Shown one piece after another: positions 58,243 to 64,000 of a stretch of DNA of 64,000 bases. Location: the NCBI GenBank assembly GCA_965205015.1, contig OZ242029.1, forward strand, positions 512,001-576,000, in the 5' to 3' direction. Source of the DNA: Candidatus Poribacteria bacterium (lineage in GTDB: Bacteria; Poribacteria; WGA-4E; WGA-3G). Each line of letters begins with the position of its first letter. The first letter of the stretch is position 1. The notes below the pieces were generated by a model, which had not been told where the DNA came from, did no database searches, and worked only from the letters and a program-made list of their open reading frames with translations. A program made the translations under genes and the position numbers.

Positions 58243-58724
58243 GCAGAAAACAACACCCGGTATACGGCGATCCGCAGCGATTTGAAGTTGTCGCTGATTT
58301 CATTGCTGAACGATACGGCAGTACAATCCACTCTATTGCCGACGTTGCTGGCGGGAAAGGCATATTAACTCGCCTTCTCACAAAAAAGAAAAACTTCGCC
58401 TGCGAACTCATTGACCCGCGCCGCACTGTGCTCAAAGGCATTGACCATCGTCCTGATCAGTTTGACCCTGAGATGGCAGATTACTATGACCTGTTGGTTG
58501 GACTCCACCCCGATGGGGCGTTGCGTCAATTGGGAGAGGCAGCCCTCGTCCGACCCGCCGTGATAATTCCGTGCTGCAACTTCTGGGATGAACAGCGGCG
58601 CGGGCAATATGAATTGTTGACGGCAATCGAAGATTTCTATCGGCAACATTCAATCCAGTTTGAGCGAATTGAACTCGACTTCAAGGGACCGAAGAACATC
58701 GCTATTGTCTCTGAACCTTTTTAA
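58239..58724 (+). CDS. Small methyltransferase-like protein
   Basis: ADVAGGKG.L, LIDPR, VGLHPD, IPCC. Confidence 0.6.
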   Translation: MSRKQHPVYGDPQRFEVVADFIAERYGSTIHSIADVAGGKGILTRLLTKKKNFACELIDPRRTVLKGIDHRPDQFDPEMADYYDLLVGLHPDGALRQLGEAALVRPAVIIPCCNFWDEQRRGQYELLTAIEDFYRQHSIQFERIELDFKGPKNIAIVSEPF

Positions 58725-58753
58725 CTATGGGGTCATGGATTAGATTCTTCCCT

Positions 58754-58780
58754 GTACGGGCGAGGTTACCTCGCCTCTAC
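58754..58780. repeat. GTAG-type REP variant
   Basis: GTACGGGCGAGGTTACCTCGCCTCTAC hairpin, related to the GCGAGG...CCTCGC copies. Confidence 0.7.
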
Positions 58781-58901
58781 GGTTACGAGTAGGTCCTCGG
58801 TTTTAAGAAACCGTAGCCCGTAATGTAATGGAGGGCGGCTCTACGGAAAGGCACATCAATATCCAAACCCGTCTGACCGAACCGCAAGGAAAATTTAAAA
58901 T

Positions 58902-60368
58902 ATGGCACGACAACCCAATATTCTTTTTCTTCTCACCGACCAGCAACGTTTCGATTCACTCGGTTGCAACGGAGCACCCATTTGCCGAACGCCTGCTATC
59001 GATGAAATTGCCGCAACAGGTATGCGGTTCACCAATGCCTATACTCCTATCGCGCTCTGTTCACCGGCGCGCGGGTCTCTACTCACCGGACTTTACCCCC
59101 ACAATCACGGACAGTTGTCAAACATGGGCAATTTCAACGCTGTGTTTGCAAACCAGATCCTCGACAAACCGGCGTATCCTAAACTTCTTGACGAGGCAGG
59201 CTATCGGGTCAGCTGCATCGGTAAGTGGCATCTTGCGAAGGAAGGCGACACGGAGTTTTGGGGTTACGATAAGTGGCATCCGTATCGCGAGTGGCACCAG
59301 TGGCTCCGCGAGGACGGGATTGACTTCCGAATTGATAGGGATGCCGTCCAACCGTATGAGTGGGGCGGTGAGGCACCTTTCTACGGAAGACACCCACTCC
59401 CCGCTGAACGGACAATGGAAGCGTGGACCGCAGACAAAACGATTGAACTCATCAACGGCTACTCCGATGCCGAACACCCTTTTATGATCGCTGCGAATTT
59501 CTTTGGACCGCACTTTCCTTACGCAGTGCCAGCACCTTACGACACGATGTATGATCCCGACACTGCCGAACGGTGGGGCAACTTTGACGAGCAATTCATC
59601 AACAAACCCCTCATCCAGCAGAAGGAGATGCTCCGGTGGAACGCCAGTCACTTGACATGGCCCGATTGGCAGAAGGTCATTGCGGCTTACTGGGGATTCT
59701 GCACCTTCATTGACGATCAGGTGCGGCGAATTCTCGACTGCCTTGAGGCGAACGGTTTGACGGAAAACACCGTCATTATCTTCTCAACCGACCACGGCGA
59801 TATGCTCGGCAGCCATCGGCTTTTCAATAAGGGGTTCCACATGTACGAAGAGACGCACCACATTCCGCTCGTCATCCGGTGTCCCGGCGCAACATCACCC
59901 GGAACGACGTGTGATGAATTCGTGAATCTTGTGGATCTCATGCCGACGTTTTTGGAACTCGGGGGTGCAAAGATGCCCGAACGTCTTAATATCGGCTCGC
60001 AAGCTTCACCGGGGCTTGACGGTAGATCGATTGTGCCTCTGTTGCGAGGAGAAAATGTGGAGGATTGGCCCGATGATGTGTTCGCCGAATTCCATGGATA
60101 CGAACCGACGCTTGCTTCTGTCAGGATGGTACGGACGGATTCGTGGAAATACGTCTATAACCCATACAGCGAGGACGAACTCTACGATATGAAGAGCGAT
60201 CCTCACGAACTCCATAACGTGGCGAACCATCTCGGTTACAAACATGTACTCCGACGTATGAAAGAGCGCATGGTCGATCGTCTACGCGAAACGAGGGACA
60301 ACATCGTTATGGAAGGCGGATGGCAGAGCAATTCGTTCGACCTGCTCGTCTCAGAACGGGAGCGGTAG
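58902..60368 (+). CDS. Cys-type sulfatase
   Basis: PNILF..TDQ, CSPARGSLLTG, GKWH, GPH, TDHGD, ELYD...DP.E. Confidence 0.95.
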   Translation: MARQPNILFLLTDQQRFDSLGCNGAPICRTPAIDEIAATGMRFTNAYTPIALCSPARGSLLTGLYPHNHGQLSNMGNFNAVFANQILDKPAYPKLLDEAGYRVSCIGKWHLAKEGDTEFWGYDKWHPYREWHQWLREDGIDFRIDRDAVQPYEWGGEAPFYGRHPLPAERTMEAWTADKTIELINGYSDAEHPFMIAANFFGPHFPYAVPAPYDTMYDPDTAERWGNFDEQFINKPLIQQKEMLRWNASHLTWPDWQKVIAAYWGFCTFIDDQVRRILDCLEANGLTENTVIIFSTDHGDMLGSHRLFNKGFHMYEETHHIPLVIRCPGATSPGTTCDEFVNLVDLMPTFLELGGAKMPERLNIGSQASPGLDGRSIVPLLRGENVEDWPDDVFAEFHGYEPTLASVRMVRTDSWKYVYNPYSEDELYDMKSDPHELHNVANHLGYKHVLRRMKERMVDRLRETRDNIVMEGGWQSNSFDLLVSERER

Positions 60369-60560
60369 CACCTTGTGATACTACCCAACGCCTAAAGGCG
60401 TGGGCTTCGGTTTCATAGCGATTGCGGTTTTCGCTCAAGCGTCCACCGTCTTACTATCGCTCCACCAGCAGGCTCTTATTCCGAATCAGATCGGTTTTAT
60501 CTGGCTTAGGTCCAGGGTACCCCAGCCCGCAAAATGTTTATCGCAGCGTTTATATCTCTG
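60355..60560 (-). ncRNA. Predicted omega/reRNA of TnpB 2; bounds approximate
   Basis: About 130 nt between the stop codon and the TCAC right end; the guide would begin AAGGTGCTACCGCTCC. Confidence 0.55.
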
Positions 60561-61672
60561 TCGTGGTGTGAACCACAGTCAGAACACGTCCACTCCCTAT
60601 CTGAAAGTGTTAGGGTTTTGTTGTGATAGCCACAATCCGAACAGGGTTTTGTTGTGGCTTCCCAACGTCCCGCTTTCAATAACGTTTTACCATATTTGGC
60701 ACATGTCCATTGGAGGATCCATGAGAACTCACCAAAAGCAAGGTCAGAGATTTTTCGTCCCCACAGGCGTTTCATACCCGATAGGTTCAGCGTCTCAATC
60801 GCAATCTTATCGTATCTACGCACAAGGCGGAGTGCCAACTTGAAAAACCAATCTCGTCTTCTATTGGCTATATCCTTATTGACGCGTGCGAGGTGTCGTT
60901 TGGCACGAAACCAGCCATTAGAAAGATACTGCTTACGAGAGAGTGTCTTGTTTGCGGAACAAATTTCATTGAGACTTTGCTTGAAAAACTCTGGTGAGGC
61001 TATCTTGATACCGTCTGAAAGGGTCAGAAACGTCTTCATACCGAAGTCTGCCCCTGCCGCATTACTGGTCAGTGGGAGTTTTTCGGCGGGTTCTGAACCT
61101 TCACAACTGAGATACAAGTGATAGTCGCCCACAGGATCACGCTTGATTGTTACCGTCTTTATCGTTCCAGTCCATTCACGGTGTTTCCAAAACGTGAACG
61201 ACTTCTTCAGACACTTGATATGAATGCGATTGTCTTTTATCTCATAACCTGCTTGCGTGAACGTCAATGAGTTATACTTGTGTTGTGGCTTTATCTGTGG
61301 CTTGCCGACTTTACGCGGTGATAATCCTTTCTTTTTAGCATCAAGATAGTCAAAGAACTTTTCATAGCCGAGATGGATACGCTTGGCAACCTGTTGTATA
61401 ACTTGGCTCGGTAGTTGTTTCCAATGCGGTTTCGTCCGACGCTTTAACTTCGTTATATGCGAGCAGATACGCCCAAAGGACGCATACTTGCCATAGATAC
61501 GATAATAGCGTCTCTGCAATAAAAGCAAGTGGACATGCACGCCATGCAAGTCGTCAAGCAGATTCCCCATCTGTATGAGATTCGACTGATGATAAAACTC
61601 ATATTTTTCAGTTTTCATGGATTCCCACGTATCACGCCTTTTACCCCAGCTAAAGCATTGGGACCTGACGCC
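60375..61672 (-). mobile_element. IS200/IS605-family solo tnpB element 2; left end approximate
   Basis: Right end GAAGCCCACGCCTTTAGGCGTTGGGTAGTATCAC; left hairpin TCCCAATGCTTTAGCTGGGG; no tnpA. Confidence 0.85.
60506..61618 (-). CDS. tnpB: RNA-guided endonuclease TnpB
   Basis: RuvC D (GADFG), E (IETL), two CSDC motifs, DRDINAAIN. Confidence 0.95.
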   Translation of the reverse strand: MKTEKYEFYHQSNLIQMGNLLDDLHGVHVHLLLLQRRYYRIYGKYASFGRICSHITKLKRRTKPHWKQLPSQVIQQVAKRIHLGYEKFFDYLDAKKKGLSPRKVGKPQIKPQHKYNSLTFTQAGYEIKDNRIHIKCLKKSFTFWKHREWTGTIKTVTIKRDPVGDYHLYLSCEGSEPAEKLPLTSNAAGADFGMKTFLTLSDGIKIASPEFFKQSLNEICSANKTLSRKQYLSNGWFRAKRHLARVNKDIANRRRDWFFKLALRLVRRYDKIAIETLNLSGMKRLWGRKISDLAFGEFSWILQWTCAKYGKTLLKAGRWEATTKPCSDCGYHNKTLTLSDREWTCSDCGSHHDRDINAAINILRAGVPWT

Positions 61673-61704
61673 CGAAGTCCCGTAAATGAGGCGGTTCAGT
61701 TAAT

Positions 61705-62694
61705 CTACTGCTGCTTTACTCGTCCCCATATTCCTGTTGCCAATTGAGGTTGGGGTGCAACCGGCAATGCGAACGCCGGATCGAACCAATCACCTAAAAA
61801 ATGTGGAGGTCCTGATTTGGTAAGCTGCACTGGAGGCCCGCCATTCAACGTTATTTTGAAGATTTGCAGACCATTGTTTGCCTCATGCTGCTCATAAAGG
61901 AGTTCGTCCCCTTGCGGGGACCACACCGGGTTGACAGCAGCTCCTCCGGCTTCACCAACAATTTGTTGGGTTTCCATGCTGCCACGATTTAGAACATAGA
62001 TCGTTTCTATCTGAGCGTTCTCTCGTCGAAACTCAACGCGATTGTACCACGCAAACGCCAATCTATCTCCTTCCGGAGACCATGAATGATGCCGAACCCA
62101 TGCCGGTCCCTTGGGCGGAAAAAAGAACTTATGTTTACGCGTCCGCACATTTAACATACTAATCCGCTTGGGGTCTCCGGGTGCCCCTACACTAAAGGCG
62201 ATCTCCGTACCATCCGGAGACCATGCAGGTAGGCTGCCAAGTGCGATACGATCCTCTTTTTTGCCATCTATTGGCGCAATATAGATAAAGAACTTTCCCT
62301 GTTCCCAGCGGCTGTAAGCAATCTGTTTGCCATCCGGGGACCATGTTGCCCTGCCCCTTGCCGCTTCCTTCTCAAACACGCGCCGCACATTCGATCCATC
62401 GGCATCCATCAGATACAGATCCCAGTCTCCTGGAGCCCCGTCTCGGTCAGAGCTAAAAAGAATCCTTTCGCCCGTCGGAGACCATTTCGGACCGGCATCC
62501 CTTGCGAGATGGTGGGTGAGTCGCACCTCCTCACTGCCATCGGGATCCATCAGAAAAATATCCATATTCCCATCACGCCACGACGAATACGCTATTTTCG
62601 GTGATGTGGGGGCTTCTGCCCATACACCACAAACACTTGAACTTAACAAGCCAACGATCACGACAACAGATAGAAAGAAATATCTATATTGCAC
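61705..62694 (-). CDS. TolB/PD40 beta-propeller exported protein with a WG-type C-terminal motif
   Basis: Signal peptide, repeated WSP(D/E/T/Q)G; ends LPVAPQPQLATGIWGRVKQQ. GTG start after GGAGG. Confidence 0.88.
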   Translation of the reverse strand: MQYRYFFLSVVVIVGLLSSSVCGVWAEAPTSPKIAYSSWRDGNMDIFLMDPDGSEEVRLTHHLARDAGPKWSPTGERILFSSDRDGAPGDWDLYLMDADGSNVRRVFEKEAARGRATWSPDGKQIAYSRWEQGKFFIYIAPIDGKKEDRIALGSLPAWSPDGTEIAFSVGAPGDPKRISMLNVRTRKHKFFFPPKGPAWVRHHSWSPEGDRLAFAWYNRVEFRRENAQIETIYVLNRGSMETQQIVGEAGGAAVNPVWSPQGDELLYEQHEANNGLQIFKITLNGGPPVQLTKSGPPHFLGDWFDPAFALPVAPQPQLATGIWGRVKQQ

Positions 62695-63044
62695 CAGAAT
62701 CCCTCCACAAGGCAAGCATAAGACCTACTACTATATTAGTCAGTATATACCAATTGCACACAAAAGTAAATATTTTGGGGTCAAGGTTGACGCGAACTCG
62801 ATCCCACCGCATCCCATTTCCTACGGGATGGAATCTGGGGAAAATCCGAAATTCAGATTTGAAAAAAATGTGGAAATGTGATAACATGTTCACAATTTAA
62901 AATTCAAAAACGATAGCCTGCAACAACGGTGCAGGGTTTTTGCAAACGCTAAAAATCCAATGCAAAGAAAGTGTTTCTTCAGATTTCAGGAACGGATCTC
63001 ATAATTTTAACGCCCGCTACTTCTCCGCAAGGTAAATTAAAAAA

Positions 63045-64000
63045 ATGATTATCAGAGTTGACAAAAGCTATCGCCAGAAGAGAGATCTCACCGAACAGCA
63101 GCTTTTCGCGGTGGTTGAACAGAATACGCCGGATTCCATAAAAACACCCCTGTTTCCACAAGATGAACCCAATGCATTCACGTTTCAACTTGATAAGGAA
63201 CTGATTGCGCGTTTGAACCTCTGGGAATGGTTCCGTAACTACGCGAAAGAGGCACAAGTCTCGACCGCCGGTATCCGCGGTCCACAGAATATTTTATACC
63301 CTTGGGACACCCGCTTCCCAATTAATCAGATCGGGATTGCTTTAGCGACGCTCGGCAAGAGTCTTGTTGCAAACGAGAACGCAAGCGGAAAGCAGGTTAA
63401 GAAAATCGCAGGATGCGAGGTGCGCTACAACTCACAGAAATATGTCGAGTCCATCGCCCGCATTCAAGCCGCACAAGGGATTCGGACGTATGTACCGAAA
63501 TCATTTGGCACATTACCTATCTGGATGGCATCCTTCCTGATTTTCATGCTCGACCTGGACGGTGGTGAACATGTCACGTCAAGCCACTCCGTCAGCACAA
63601 AAAACGCCACCAAAGACCTCAACAATCAAGGAAGTCAATATCTGCCCGAGGAATCCATGCGATTCGTCAACAAAATTGAAGAGATCCTCAAGATCGCTGA
63701 GACGGACGGCTATCCCATTCAGTTCAGTGCTGTTACCGATGCGCATATCGACTTTGAACGATTGGATGAACTCCATGACGGTGTCCAACTCTATGTCGGC
63801 TATCTCAAAGGCGGTGTCGCCACAGATACCAACCTCAAACTCATTCGAGCGACGAAACCCTCCATCGTCGTCGATTGCGTCGGTGGGTGTATGTATCGTC
63901 CGATGCGTGCCATCTTTGAACGATTGGGAATCGCTAACTCCGTTCGCTGGCTCCACGTTGAGGCGGACCCACTCTATCATAATATTGGAAAACTGGACCG
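63045..64000 (+). CDS. Alpha-D-phosphohexomutase (PGM/PMM) family, 3'-partial; missing from the ORF track
   Basis: Hand translation: STAGIRG, EVRYNS, VTSSHS phosphoserine loop, VVDCVGG; open to the window end. Confidence 0.8.
   Translation, partial: MIIRVDKSYRQKRDLTEQQLFAVVEQNTPDSIKTPLFPQDEPNAFTFQLDKELIARLNLWEWFRNYAKEAQVSTAGIRGPQNILYPWDTRFPINQIGIALATLGKSLVANENASGKQVKKIAGCEVRYNSQKYVESIARIQAAQGIRTYVPKSFGTLPIWMASFLIFMLDLDGGEHVTSSHSVSTKNATKDLNNQGSQYLPEESMRFVNKIEEILKIAETDGYPIQFSAVTDAHIDFERLDELHDGVQLYVGYLKGGVATDTNLKLIRATKPSIVVDCVGGCMYRPMRAIFERLGIANSVRWLHVEADPLYHNIGKLD

Noticed and set aside
58828-59487. 219-aa alternative-frame ORF
   Set aside because: Overlaps the well-supported sulfatase and has no recognisable motifs.
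54892-61618. Nuclease-dead TnpB (TldR) or a dCas12f-sigma activator system
   Set aside because: Both TnpBs keep the D-E-D triad and IS ends, and lie more than 24 kb from the nearest sigma gene.

Overview
Bacterial window of moderate GC, densely coding and mostly on the + strand. The gene content (PhyH dioxygenase, sulfatase, several LamG and TolB-like exported proteins with a shared C-terminal 'V-x-P...TTWG-x-[LI]-K' tail, long ECF sigma fusions) resembles Candidatus Poribacteria; this is an inference. No rRNA, tRNA or CRISPR array was found. Main points: (1) a family of ECF sigma factors fused through a conserved transmembrane linker to different extracytoplasmic domains, three of them preceded by a shared ECF-like promoter motif; (2) a C-terminal putative sorting motif on five exported proteins; (3) two catalytically intact solo TnpB elements with an identical 16-nt left-end hairpin, one with a highly structured 5' leader; (4) an RsgA GTPase with an extra N-terminal domain resembling an ADP-ribosyltransferase/Tpt1 fold; (5) a ~32-kb co-oriented run of small modifying enzymes with duplicates, toxin-antitoxin modules and gene fragments; (6) several REP/MITE-like repeat families, one with a G-rich tandem expansion. 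All family calls come from reading motifs by eye, not from database searches.
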